From an uncultured virus (IMG/VR IMGVR_UViG_3300044646_002851) (Duplodnaviria > Heunggongvirae > Uroviricota > Caudoviricetes): a stretch of DNA of 64,000 nt. This document shows positions 9,709-19,618 of the stretch, piece by piece. Position 1 is the first letter of the stretch. Every line of letters begins with the position of its first letter. The stretch is from the IMG/VR virus record IMGVR_UViG_3300044646_002851; one strand, written 5' to 3'. The position numbers were made by a program, and so were the translations under genes. The notes below the pieces were generated by a model, which was given only the letters and a program-made list of their open reading frames with translations, had not been told where the DNA came from and did not search any database.

Positions 9709-10968
9709 TTATTCATCTTCTTGATCATAATCGACATCAGATTCTTTGTAATATTTTTCAACGGCTTTTATAAGTTTTGAAACTGTGTCTTTTATTCCTT
9801 TACTTCTTGATTTTATTTTATCTTTATCTGCTTTCCACAACGCCAAATATGTTGGCGAATCTTTACTTGAAAAGCCAAAATGTTTTAAAAATACATAGGC
9901 AATAGATTCTGCATCATGTTCGGCTTCTTCACGACTTAAAGATAATTTTTCTGCTACAAAATGCATTAGATTATGAGCGAGTTCATGAACTAATGTTGAT
10001 GCTTTATTGATTCCATCATATTCATTGTTGATATGAATACCATGTGCTGTAGCATATCCGCCCATCGCATAGTCCATTTTATCAAAGCTAATTGGAATCT
10101 TATTTTCTTCTGCGAATTTAATTAGTGCGTTTATAATTCCGGCTAATTCCTCAACAGGTTCATTGCTATCTTGTCTCCAACTATGTGGGTTATATACTGT
10201 TTTTGCGTTCGGCATAACTTCAGTATCGGAAATGTCATAAACATAAGATATGATAAATTTAGTTGGATTTAGTGATTTTATTTTCTTTTCTTCTCCGGTT
10301 GTTTCATCTCTTTCTGTGCGGTAAAAAAACCAAGGTGCAAAAACAATCATACGATTTTTTTCTGCTCCTTCCTTAATCTTTCTTCCTAATTTTGCCCAAT
10401 TAGTTTTGCTTTGTACATCTGTAACTTTGGGATTTTGTGCAAAAATCAACCATTGGTTTCTAGGAGAATATTTATATAGCTTGCTTGACATTTCGAGAAA
10501 GTTTTTTATTAGTTCGCTTTTTTTGGCTTCATCGGTAAGATTTGAAATTTCTTCAATAAGATTATCTAAAAGTTGTTCTATTCTTGATGTCTGTCCAGAT
10601 TTAGCTAAATCTTTTATTTCTTCAAGTTCTTTTTTAATATTCTGATCAACTGTTACTTCACTTGATTTTGTTCCGAGTGCCTTTTCTCTTGGCATAGTCA
10701 TCGGACTTATATCAATTTCAGCATTTTTCAATTCTTCTTTTTGTTTTGAAGAAAGTTTATCAAATGCGAATCTTGGCATGCTCCATGTGTTATCCATTCT
10801 AAAATATCGAAATCCCATATTTTTAAGAATATCTTTTGCATCGAAATGATTGCCAAACAAGACCAAAAAGTCCTTTGTTGGGTCTTGTGTGCTTTTTGGA
10901 TTTGACTTTAAAACTGAATGTATAACACCTTCGGCTATTTTCAACCATTCTTTAAAAGATATAATCAT
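9709..10968 (-). CDS. ArdC-like protein (ssDNA-binding N-domain plus HExxH metallopeptidase) with CTS-like N-terminus
   Basis: YKYSPRNQWLIFAQ, WAKLGRKIKEG, YVYDISDT, TLVHELAHNLMH, AEHDAESIAY, SPTYLALW. Confidence 0.8.
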   Translation of the reverse strand: MIISFKEWLKIAEGVIHSVLKSNPKSTQDPTKDFLVLFGNHFDAKDILKNMGFRYFRMDNTWSMPRFAFDKLSSKQKEELKNAEIDISPMTMPREKALGTKSSEVTVDQNIKKELEEIKDLAKSGQTSRIEQLLDNLIEEISNLTDEAKKSELIKNFLEMSSKLYKYSPRNQWLIFAQNPKVTDVQSKTNWAKLGRKIKEGAEKNRMIVFAPWFFYRTERDETTGEEKKIKSLNPTKFIISYVYDISDTEVMPNAKTVYNPHSWRQDSNEPVEELAGIINALIKFAEENKIPISFDKMDYAMGGYATAHGIHINNEYDGINKASTLVHELAHNLMHFVAEKLSLSREEAEHDAESIAYVFLKHFGFSSKDSPTYLALWKADKDKIKSRSKGIKDTVSKLIKAVEKYYKESDVDYDQEDE

Positions 10969-11013
10969 ATATTCTCCTATTTATCTAGATATATATAAAA
11001 CAAGGAGGTTTTT

Positions 11014-11652
11014 ATGACAGAAACATTAAACAAAATAAAATCATTTTCGCAGCATGGTCAAGATATAATTGTTTTAAGTTGGTTGCGTAAAATTGGCTTT
11101 CTAAACAAAGTTGCGGTTGAATTTGGTGCTAGAAATGGAGTTCAAAATTCAAACATTAGAATGTTTGAAACATTAAATTGGAAGCTATATCAATGGGATA
11201 AATTTTTTCAAAATCAATTCGTCAATAAAGAATCAATTACAGCAGAAAATATAAATCAAATATTTGAAAAGTATGAAGTTCCAAAAGAATTTGACTTTTT
11301 GTCTATCGATATAGATAGCAATGATTATTGGGTATGGAAATCTTTAAACTATGAGGCGAATTTAGTATTAATAGAATATAATCCTAATTTTTCCATAGAT
11401 CAAAGTGTTGCATTAAAATACAATCCAAATGGAGTGTGGAAAAAAAATGTTGCATTTAGTGCTTCTTTTTCTGCGATGGTTAAATTAGGAGAAGAAAAAG
11501 GATACATTCCAATTGGTCATTTGGGTCACGATATCTTATTTTTAAAGAAGTATTTCCTTAAAGATGACGAAATCAAAAACATCAATATAAATCCAGAATT
11601 ACCAAGAAAAATTCATAATCAAAGTGGATATGATCAATTCATAGAAGTTTAA
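11014..11652 (+). CDS. FkbM-like methyltransferase
   Basis: SQHGQD, VEFGA, FDFLSIDIDSNDYWVW, IEYN. Confidence 0.8.
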   Translation: MTETLNKIKSFSQHGQDIIVLSWLRKIGFLNKVAVEFGARNGVQNSNIRMFETLNWKLYQWDKFFQNQFVNKESITAENINQIFEKYEVPKEFDFLSIDIDSNDYWVWKSLNYEANLVLIEYNPNFSIDQSVALKYNPNGVWKKNVAFSASFSAMVKLGEEKGYIPIGHLGHDILFLKKYFLKDDEIKNININPELPRKIHNQSGYDQFIEV

Positions 11653-11656
11653 AACA

Positions 11657-12292
11657 TCATCTATTATCGCCCAAAATATCCGAAACATGAACAAAGCTAT
11701 TTTCTGAACATATTTTCTGATATATTTCACCATCTGACTGTTCGTGTTTATCGTACCAAAAGTCATATTCATTCCAAATATTTTTATGTGCCACCAATTG
11801 CATGCAATCAATATTAAATTTATGAGGAGGCAAGCCAGAAAATGGAACTGCGTGGCGAATGCCTCTTCCAATTAGTCTATGATGTCTAATACTAAATATT
11901 ACAATATTAGACTTCGTTTCATTGATTTTATTGTTAAGTAGTTCAAGAGCATTTCTTTCGAGCAAATTATCAATATTAAATTGAATATAATAATCGCAAT
12001 CAGAATTTTCATAAGCATATCTCATGCACAAATCTCTTGATGAATGCCCCCAATTATTCATTCTTCTTGTAGTTTCAAAGAAATGAAATTTATCTTTAAA
12101 TTTTCCAAAGTCAAATTCATCTTGATAAGATTTAAATTCTTGTATATAAGAATTTTTCTTAGGACCGTCATGACATAAAAAAATTTCATATTCTTGATAT
12201 GTTTGATTTAAAATTGATAAAAGACCATCATATGCTCTGTTTCTTGGAACATGATTTTCGTAATCTACAACAATAATTGCGAACTTAGCCAT
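11657..12292 (-). CDS. GT2-family glycosyltransferase
   Basis: SILNQTY, CHDGP, NWGHSSR, FNIDN, IDCMQ. Confidence 0.8.
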   Translation of the reverse strand: MAKFAIIVVDYENHVPRNRAYDGLLSILNQTYQEYEIFLCHDGPKKNSYIQEFKSYQDEFDFGKFKDKFHFFETTRRMNNWGHSSRDLCMRYAYENSDCDYYIQFNIDNLLERNALELLNNKINETKSNIVIFSIRHHRLIGRGIRHAVPFSGLPPHKFNIDCMQLVAHKNIWNEYDFWYDKHEQSDGEIYQKICSENSFVHVSDILGDNR

Positions 12293-12310
12293 ACTGTAAA
12301 ATAGTAAATA

Positions 12311-14386
12311 CTATTTTTTCCACAATAAATTAAAATCATTTTTTAATTGTCGTGGGTATCTACGCAACATCAAATATGCTGCTTCTTTAGTAACCTGTTT
12401 ATCAAATCCAGCATGATATAAGAATCTTGACAAACAGGCATCTGGCTTATTGAAGCCAGCTTGATCTCTGGTAAATGCTCCATCGCATACTGACAACATA
12501 GATTCCATAGCATTTTTCATGCACTCTACAAGTTCTTCAGTAAATTCTGGAAAAGTAACTCCTCCGGGCGGAAGTTTGTCTATTTCTCTATCTCTCATTC
12601 TTTGAACTCTTTCAATAGCAGCCTTCTGCTCTTGCGATTTTTGTTCAGCTTTTATTTCTTCAACTAAATTATTCATGCGTTGTTGAAATTCTTCTTCTGT
12701 TTCATTTTTGGCAGAAACAGCACTAGCTTTATTCAATTCAATCTTTTGATCAATAGCTTTTTCAAAAAGAGATATTTTAGAAGAAAGCAAATTCAAAATA
12801 TGCTTGTCTAAAACATGATCGCTAACAAGGCGAACAATTTCTACTGGTCTTGTTTGCCCGATACGACAAAGCCTATCTTCTGCTTGTTGATTTAATGCTG
12901 GTGTCCAATCAAGATCAACAAATATTGCTTTCCATGCTTTTGTCAATGTCAAGCCAACACCACCAGCTTGAATAGTCAAGCCAACACCACGCAATTCACC
13001 AGCTTGAAATCTATTGACAATTTTTTGTCTTTCTTCGGACTTAGTATCACCTGTAATTATTTCCCACCCATCTCTCTTTCCAAGTTCAATTATGGGATTT
13101 CGATGTGCAGAGAAAACGATCAAAGGAACTTCTTCCTCTTCGTGCGATTCGACCAATTCCAACATTGCTGGAATTCTGGATGATGCTAAATCTGCTCGCA
13201 AGCCAGCGAATGCTTCAAATGGCGGGAGTTCTTCCATGTCTATAACTTCTTGATACTCATCGTACATATCATCAAGTTTTTTACGCAATTCAGATGAAAT
13301 TCCATTACAAACTAATGTTGTATAGCTTTTCTTTGGCAGATCTGGAAGTACTTCATCTCTGCATCTTCGCAACATTACTCTGCGAAGTAGTTCTGGAACT
13401 AGAACAGTAGGACCATCAAAATCATATCCACCAAAATGATTTTTTCTGCCACCAAACTGATTCATAAAATTCTGCCAAGATCCGAAGACAATTTTCTCAA
13501 GAGTCAATGAAGAGAGAACGCCAAATAAATCAAATGGTCGATTCATTAATGGAGTTCCAGTCAAGCCAATAACTCTATCGGCAATTTTAGCCAATTCTTT
13601 GACTGCTTTGTGTCTTTTTGTGGAGTAGTTTTTGCAGCAATGAATTTCATCACATACAAGTATAAATTCATCTTGTTTTTCAAACTCTGCTGGCAACACA
13701 TCGTAATTAGTGATTACGATTTCTCCACTTTTTGGGAATCGGAAACTTTTTCTACCATTCAAAATAGAAACTTGAAAATCTGGTCGCCACTTAGCTGCTT
13801 CTTCTCGCCAGTTATATTTCAATGCGGCTGGACATACTACCAAAACTGCAGCATTTTTCTTTAAGGCACAAAGAACTTGAATTGTTTTTCCCAAGCCCAT
13901 TTGATCGCCAAGCAAACATTTGTTCATAGTGTTCATGAATCGAACACCTTCAACTTGATATGGAAAAACACTTTTATTGCCGATAGTATCTTTTATATGA
14001 TCAAGTATGTTTTCTTCATTTTCAACATTTGCAGCCATAAGTTCGTCTGCTATTTTCAAGCCCATGTGCTTGGAAATTTCAATGACTCTTGGCAAGTTCT
14101 TAGGTTCAACGCTCACATTCCAGAACTTTCCTTCTTTATTGAATTTAGCTCCATGTAAGCTCTTTACAGCAACCACATGATTTTCATCGTATGGGAAATA
14201 AACATTACCTTCTGCGGTAATTTCCGCCCTGACAGCAGCCACTTCAATGCGAACTGGTACGCATGTTTCACAATAAGTGAACCATTTGTCGCTATCATCT
14301 TGGCAAGCGAATCCAAGGTTTTTGCCAACATCTGCACTGCAAGTGAAGCATTTTTTGGCGAAACGATTTCGTATTGTTCTTTTCAT
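12311..14386 (-). CDS. SNF2/SMARCAL1-like helicase
   Basis: PYQVEGV, GDQMGLGKT, CDEIH, LTGTP, AGGVGLTLT, QAEDRLCRIGQ; N-terminal CxxC motifs. Confidence 0.92.
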   Translation of the reverse strand: MKRTIRNRFAKKCFTCSADVGKNLGFACQDDSDKWFTYCETCVPVRIEVAAVRAEITAEGNVYFPYDENHVVAVKSLHGAKFNKEGKFWNVSVEPKNLPRVIEISKHMGLKIADELMAANVENEENILDHIKDTIGNKSVFPYQVEGVRFMNTMNKCLLGDQMGLGKTIQVLCALKKNAAVLVVCPAALKYNWREEAAKWRPDFQVSILNGRKSFRFPKSGEIVITNYDVLPAEFEKQDEFILVCDEIHCCKNYSTKRHKAVKELAKIADRVIGLTGTPLMNRPFDLFGVLSSLTLEKIVFGSWQNFMNQFGGRKNHFGGYDFDGPTVLVPELLRRVMLRRCRDEVLPDLPKKSYTTLVCNGISSELRKKLDDMYDEYQEVIDMEELPPFEAFAGLRADLASSRIPAMLELVESHEEEEVPLIVFSAHRNPIIELGKRDGWEIITGDTKSEERQKIVNRFQAGELRGVGLTIQAGGVGLTLTKAWKAIFVDLDWTPALNQQAEDRLCRIGQTRPVEIVRLVSDHVLDKHILNLLSSKISLFEKAIDQKIELNKASAVSAKNETEEEFQQRMNNLVEEIKAEQKSQEQKAAIERVQRMRDREIDKLPPGGVTFPEFTEELVECMKNAMESMLSVCDGAFTRDQAGFNKPDACLSRFLYHAGFDKQVTKEAAYLMLRRYPRQLKNDFNLLWKK

Positions 14387-14527
14387 CTTGTCTTGAGCCT
14401 TTCAATAAGCTAAATTAATATCCCTTACTTAGACTGTCTTGCAGTTTGTTGTTTGGGGATGATTTATCTTACCAATTTTTGTACAAATTTAAATTTGGTG
14501 GTACAATAAAATCGAAAGGAATCAAAA

Positions 14528-15736
14528 ATGCCAAAGACTAGAGATAAAAAGGTAAAGATAGAGAAGTTAGAGAAGGATTACCTCGGCAAATTTCCATCTA
14601 TCTACTTTGTGGATAAGGATTTAGCTCCACAAAGTTTTGAGAAAGAAATTAAAAAAGCATATCGAAAATTATTGTTTGGGTTCCAAACTAATAAGAAAAA
14701 TTTAAAAGAAATGTTTTTAATTGAATTCATGAAAAAAATTAAAAAACTTAACATTGACACCGTTCTTGGTGACAACATGAAGGAAATTATAGATTGGGTA
14801 AGCGGGAATGAAATGTTTTTAAGAGCATTTGATATTCAACACGCTCCTGACATGAAAAACAGAAAGCTAGCTCTATTTTTGCATGCAGCAGGAAAGCTAA
14901 GATCATTTTTCATAAAAATGATATGCGATCAAATAAATCTTAGCAAATATTTACCAGATTACTTTGCTAGTTTCGGATTATACAGGAATGGATTTTTTAT
15001 TCGATTTCATCAAGTTCAAAAAGAAAAGACTGAGGGCGGAACAATATACCGACATCATAAAAATTTAACTGTTGATGGTGAGAGTTATGAATTGTGGTTT
15101 TCTAAACATGCTATAGATCGTGTTTTGCAAAGAGTTGGAGAAGAAATTGAATCTCCAATTATAATATTGGGAGAATTTATTTCTCATGCTCCATTTACAT
15201 TCAATGGCTTTGGTGCTATTCAGCACTTGCTTTGTTGCTACATGCCATCACCATTCGGAAAAAAAAGCGAAGTATATGAAGCTGCTGGTATAAACATTAG
15301 TGTGCTTGATGGGCATACTAAAAGCGAAAACTTAATGAAGTATTTGTATTTTCCATTTGTCGTCAAGGGAAATAAAATCATTTGTAAAAGTGCTTTATTG
15401 CCGGGATTTTCTGGTACACCAGAGTATCAAATGAAAGAAGAGTTGTTGAGGGGCTTGCCAGAATCAGAAAGAAGCATGGATATTTATTCAAACGAATTAG
15501 AAGATTCAGACGAACCAGAAGACGATCTAACGGCTTCTCTTAATTCGGAAGATGCTTTAAGGCTTTGTTTGAAGAAGTTTTATGATAGGAACAATGAAAA
15601 TCAAAATGTCATTTCCAGTGAATTTTGTTACATATCTTTAATGTTTCACAAGCATGGTATGCCTCAATATTTTTTGGGTGATTTTGATGGATATCAACCA
15701 ATTATAACTTGTACTAAACAACTTAAACAAAATTAA
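14528..15736 (+). CDS. Hypothetical protein
   Basis: 402-aa ORF with GAAGG SD; FSKHAIDRVLQR; no family recognised. Confidence 0.6.
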   Translation: MPKTRDKKVKIEKLEKDYLGKFPSIYFVDKDLAPQSFEKEIKKAYRKLLFGFQTNKKNLKEMFLIEFMKKIKKLNIDTVLGDNMKEIIDWVSGNEMFLRAFDIQHAPDMKNRKLALFLHAAGKLRSFFIKMICDQINLSKYLPDYFASFGLYRNGFFIRFHQVQKEKTEGGTIYRHHKNLTVDGESYELWFSKHAIDRVLQRVGEEIESPIIILGEFISHAPFTFNGFGAIQHLLCCYMPSPFGKKSEVYEAAGINISVLDGHTKSENLMKYLYFPFVVKGNKIICKSALLPGFSGTPEYQMKEELLRGLPESERSMDIYSNELEDSDEPEDDLTASLNSEDALRLCLKKFYDRNNENQNVISSEFCYISLMFHKHGMPQYFLGDFDGYQPIITCTKQLKQN

Positions 15737-16739
15737 AAATTAATTGAGAGCAAAGTTCTTCTGTGCTTTTCATCCATGATTTTTGAGCCATTTTATTTTT
15801 GTATGTTTCTTCATTTTTATCTGCATGATCAAATGCAATTGATATTGCATGATTTAGATCATCATCAACAAAAACCGTATTGTCATCAGCCAAATCTAAT
15901 GCTCCATTAATTGGATAACCCACAACAGGAGTTCCACAAGCCAATGCTTCTAACATTACTAAACCATAAGTATCAGTCTTAGATGGAAACACAAACACAT
16001 CTGCATTTTGATAATATTCTACAAGTTCTTCTGGTTTTAATTTGCCCATAAAACTAACAGTTGGATACTTTTTTTTAAGTTCTTGTAGTTGAGGTCCATC
16101 ACCAATAGCGATTTTTATATCTGGTAAATTTAATTTGCAAAAATCATCTATGTTTTTTTCTCTAGATATTCTACCGACATAGAGTGCGGTTTTTATGTTT
16201 GATTCTTTCTTTTTTTTGACACAAAATAATTGTGTATCTACACCTTTAGGACATATAGCCTTTTCTTTTTTAATCCAATCCAATTTGTTTGCCAAATCTT
16301 CTGTGCAACAGAAAACCTTTTCAGATTTTTCATGAAACCATTTGAAGTATTTTCTTGTGATCCAAATTGGAACTAGGAGATGTTTTTGAATATATTCTGG
16401 AAACATAGTCAAATAACTTGTAGTGAATTTTATATCATTGCGAATACAGAATTTTCTGGCTTGTATCCCTAAAGTGCCTTCTGTCATGATGTGAACAGCA
16501 AATGATTTATCAAAATATTCTTGTTTAAAATCCAATCCATATGCAAGTTTAACATCATTGGAAAATGGACAATTGAAATAAGGCAAGCCATCTGGAGTTA
16601 TACAAATCAAATCATATCCAAGTTCTGGAATATGTTTGATATAGTTTTTCATGGTTGTGGAAACACCATTTGTGTCAGGTGGACATGTGTCACTCACTAG
16701 AATAATTGTCTTGGTATTTTTCAACGGTAATTTCTCCAT
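15723..16739 (-). CDS. GT4 glycosyltransferase, Agt-like (glycosyl-diacylglycerol synthase)
   Basis: SDTCPPDTNGVSTT, HIMTEGTLG, FTTSYLTMFPEY, LYVGRISREKN, FPSKTDTYGLVMLEALACGTPV. Confidence 0.85.
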   Translation of the reverse strand: MEKLPLKNTKTIILVSDTCPPDTNGVSTTMKNYIKHIPELGYDLICITPDGLPYFNCPFSNDVKLAYGLDFKQEYFDKSFAVHIMTEGTLGIQARKFCIRNDIKFTTSYLTMFPEYIQKHLLVPIWITRKYFKWFHEKSEKVFCCTEDLANKLDWIKKEKAICPKGVDTQLFCVKKKKESNIKTALYVGRISREKNIDDFCKLNLPDIKIAIGDGPQLQELKKKYPTVSFMGKLKPEELVEYYQNADVFVFPSKTDTYGLVMLEALACGTPVVGYPINGALDLADDNTVFVDDDLNHAISIAFDHADKNEETYKNKMAQKSWMKSTEELCSQLIFNFV

Positions 16740-17367
16740 TTTTAATTTTTAAATAAGTTGGTGGTTTTTCGGTCCAGCAACCAGAGTTGAAATATTGATC
16801 CATGTAATTTTCTGGCATATGTGTATGTCCAACACATATAGCATCGCAACCAACTTTTTCTCTATATTTCAATGCTTTAAGTTTAACCTTCTCAATACAC
16901 TTCAAAAAAGTTTTACTACTCATTTTAGCCAATCTAGCCCAATAGAATTCTGAATCAATTTTTTGTAATAGATGATAGGCATAATCGGCTATTCTTGTCA
17001 AGATAGGATAAGAAGTTATAAAATCATCAAATTTATCTCCATGAGTGCAAATTATTTTCTTTTCACCAGAATTGAAAATATATTCTTCATGCACAGTAGA
17101 TCCAAGTAAATGACTTATTATTTCGCACGGACCATCATGATTACCATGAATCCAAATGACTTCAATATCTTGAGATAAATTTCTAATCTTAGATAGAATT
17201 TTAAAATGACTACTTTTCAATCTTCTGAAATCCCAAGAATCAAAAACATCACCATTTAAAATTAATTTTTTAGTATCATGAAGATTATCTAAAAAGTGAT
17301 TCAAAGCCTTTGATTGGCAAACATCACTTCCAAGATGTATATCTGAAATTACTATGGCATCATGCAT
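16690..17367 (-). CDS. Calcineurin-like metallophosphoesterase, PlcP/LpxH2-like
   Basis: ISDIHLG, LNGDVFDSW, GNHD, HGDKFD, GHTH, YFNSGCWTE; overlaps the GT4 start. Confidence 0.8.
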   Translation of the reverse strand: MHDAIVISDIHLGSDVCQSKALNHFLDNLHDTKKLILNGDVFDSWDFRRLKSSHFKILSKIRNLSQDIEVIWIHGNHDGPCEIISHLLGSTVHEEYIFNSGEKKIICTHGDKFDDFITSYPILTRIADYAYHLLQKIDSEFYWARLAKMSSKTFLKCIEKVKLKALKYREKVGCDAICVGHTHMPENYMDQYFNSGCWTEKPPTYLKIKNGEITVEKYQDNYSSE

Positions 17368-17442
17368 GAACTATTTAAGATGTTAATTTTTTATATGAGG
17401 TGAATTTTAAAAAAATTCATCTTATCTTCATCTTTTTCGTAT

Positions 17443-18171
17443 TTATTTTTTGCTATTTTTTCTAATGTTATCAAGTCTTTGGAGATGCTTTTCTTTTGAT
17501 ATGTGAATATGCTGTAAAGTATCATCAACTTCTTTGTGAGCATTTTGCTTGCTTACTTGTTGTTTTTGTTTAAATGTTTTAATTTCTGGATGGAAATCCG
17601 CCTCTTTGATTCTTCCTGTTCTATCCATGATGATGAATGTTACAAGTAATTTTGCTTTACTATCATTCTTTATTTTGCCATCTTGATCGAAAATTATCTC
17701 ATAAAGTTTTCTTGGAAATCCACTTCCGACCTGCAAAGACATATGATTGTCTATAACGAAAAATAGAACTTCCTTTTCCTCTGATGTCAAAGCATTAAAG
17801 AATTCTTTTAGATTACCACTGAGTTGATCAATCATTGGCAAGTAATGATTAGAATTTTCATGACCATGAGATGTTATCTTGCCTGTTTCCTTATCGATTT
17901 TACTTGCAGAGGCTTTGCCAATGTCATGAAACCATGCCGCCAATTTCAAAATTCTTATTTGACTAGAAGTTAAATTCATATCTAAATTTGAAAATATAGA
18001 GTCTGGCTTTGATTTTTCTTTTGAAACAAAATCAAGAGCCAATGGCAATCTGCTTCTTACCATGCGTGTATGTGTGAAAACATCACCTTCCGAATGGTGT
18101 TTTGGGTTTTGCGGTATAGGTTTTAAAATCTGTCGCAAAGATGCTTCATTTATAAAATCTTTAAAATTCAT
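17443..18171 (-). CDS. Stand-alone HD-domain phosphohydrolase (CCA-enzyme-type HD) with CTS-like N-terminus
   Basis: MNFKDFINE; PQNPKHHSEGDVFTHT; AAWFHDIGK; GHE; NHM; D-x-x-GR. Confidence 0.85.
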   Translation of the reverse strand: MNFKDFINEASLRQILKPIPQNPKHHSEGDVFTHTRMVRSRLPLALDFVSKEKSKPDSIFSNLDMNLTSSQIRILKLAAWFHDIGKASASKIDKETGKITSHGHENSNHYLPMIDQLSGNLKEFFNALTSEEKEVLFFVIDNHMSLQVGSGFPRKLYEIIFDQDGKIKNDSKAKLLVTFIIMDRTGRIKEADFHPEIKTFKQKQQVSKQNAHKEVDDTLQHIHISKEKHLQRLDNIRKNSKK

Positions 18172-18223
18172 GCCTTATATATATTGTAAATTTTAATTTT
18201 TTCAAGACTACTATTTTAATTGC

Positions 18224-18403
18224 ATGACTGTTTTCAACCATATAAATGATGTTCAAAAAGTTTTCGAAAATTTAGACATCGATTGGGTCAAAATCACACC
18301 TGAAGAAAAAATAGTCAATTTAAAAATGGCAATTGAAAATATCAATATTCTTTTGTCCATTTGTCACGAAGAATCAAATATCCTTACAAACTATAATTCG
18401 TAA
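18224..18403 (+). CDS. Small hypothetical protein (59 aa)
   Basis: Hand translation MTVFNHINDVQKVFENLDIDWVKITPEEK...TNYNS fills the gap between genes. Confidence 0.55.
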   Translation: MTVFNHINDVQKVFENLDIDWVKITPEEKIVNLKMAIENINILLSICHEESNILTNYNS

Positions 18404-19586
18404 TTGTATTACTTGAATCGCCACCAAATTCACTGAAATTAACAAACACTGCTGGTATATGAATCCTTTTTCTTAATGATTTTTTCTCTCCATATGGTTG
18501 CATTCTCCAATGCCCTCTTCTCCAATGTGGTTTAACATCTCTTCCAGTAGATTCAGAATCTATTATTCTAATGCTCTTCTTTTCATATAATTTGATTTTT
18601 TGATTCAATTCATAAATGATTGGTCTTGTCAAAGCATTTAATTCATTGATCTCTTTATATTTCCCATTATTCTTTTTAAGTAACTTTTCACGATAAGGGT
18701 CAGCAATAGAATTGCATCCAAAATCGCAAGCAAGCATACAAAGATTACACATCGTTCTAAAAATTTGTTTGCATAGAACAAATTCACCAGCTGTCAAATC
18801 CAGTTCAACATCAGAAGATTTTTCAGACATATCTCGATCAAAACAATCATCTAAACTATCGCCTTCTGTCAATTTAACAATTGCGGTAATATCAATGCCA
18901 GAACTCATTGTAATAGCCATGCTCAACATTTTATTTTCTGAACAATGATGAATTACAGCAAAAGATGGTTTGTGATAAATAGTGTTTCGTTCTGGAAGAC
19001 CTAATTTTTTCCGGTCATCATTATTTGATTTTAAATACTGATGAATATCGGTATCATCAAATGGAACCAATCTATTCGATATATAATCAGAAGAAAATTC
19101 GACAATAACAACTGGAAATGGTTGTTCGTATTCTTCGCTAGGAACAGTCAACAATGTGTTTTCTAATGCTTCGCATTTTTCTGTCGATAAAGAAAAAAGC
19201 TTTGGTCCTTCTGAGAAAATTTTCATTCTCAAAAAACAACTCAACAATGAAGAAACACCATTTTGTGCTGCTATATTCAGATATAACACAGCCATATAAA
19301 TGGATGACAATTCAGATTTATCTTGATTTGAAATGGTTGGATCGAATATTTCAAATCTTCTTAGTTCTGCGTTGTATTTTAACATACCCCACTTCTGCAA
19401 AACAATAAACATTTTCTTTATGTCTGCTGGTATTTGATTGGCATAACTACGAAAATTATCAAAACCTGTACCTTTATCTAAGTCTTCAAAAAGTTTTAAC
19501 ATATGTTTGTTAAGGTCATCTTGGAATTCTTTAGATGATCCGAGGCTTGATTTCCAATTGTTATCGTCATTATTTGCAGTATTCAT
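18384..19586 (-). CDS. Hypothetical phage protein with C-terminal HxRRGHWR motif
   Basis: KPHWRRGHWRMQPYG...IPAVFVN; AAGGAG SD. Confidence 0.7.
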   Translation of the reverse strand: MNTANNDDNNWKSSLGSSKEFQDDLNKHMLKLFEDLDKGTGFDNFRSYANQIPADIKKMFIVLQKWGMLKYNAELRRFEIFDPTISNQDKSELSSIYMAVLYLNIAAQNGVSSLLSCFLRMKIFSEGPKLFSLSTEKCEALENTLLTVPSEEYEQPFPVVIVEFSSDYISNRLVPFDDTDIHQYLKSNNDDRKKLGLPERNTIYHKPSFAVIHHCSENKMLSMAITMSSGIDITAIVKLTEGDSLDDCFDRDMSEKSSDVELDLTAGEFVLCKQIFRTMCNLCMLACDFGCNSIADPYREKLLKKNNGKYKEINELNALTRPIIYELNQKIKLYEKKSIRIIDSESTGRDVKPHWRRGHWRMQPYGEKKSLRKRIHIPAVFVNFSEFGGDSSNTITNYSL

Positions 19587-19618
19587 AACTTCTCCTTGAA
19601 ATTAAGAGTACCACGATT

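Noticed and set aside
16690..17367. Lipid A biosynthesis enzyme LpxH
   Set aside because: GNHD rather than GNRD, an Agt-like neighbour and no other lpx genes fit PlcP/LpxH2 better
17395..17424. Imperfect inverted repeat as a terminator
   Set aside because: AT-rich, and it pairs well only via G-U on the plus strand while the flanking genes are on the minus strand
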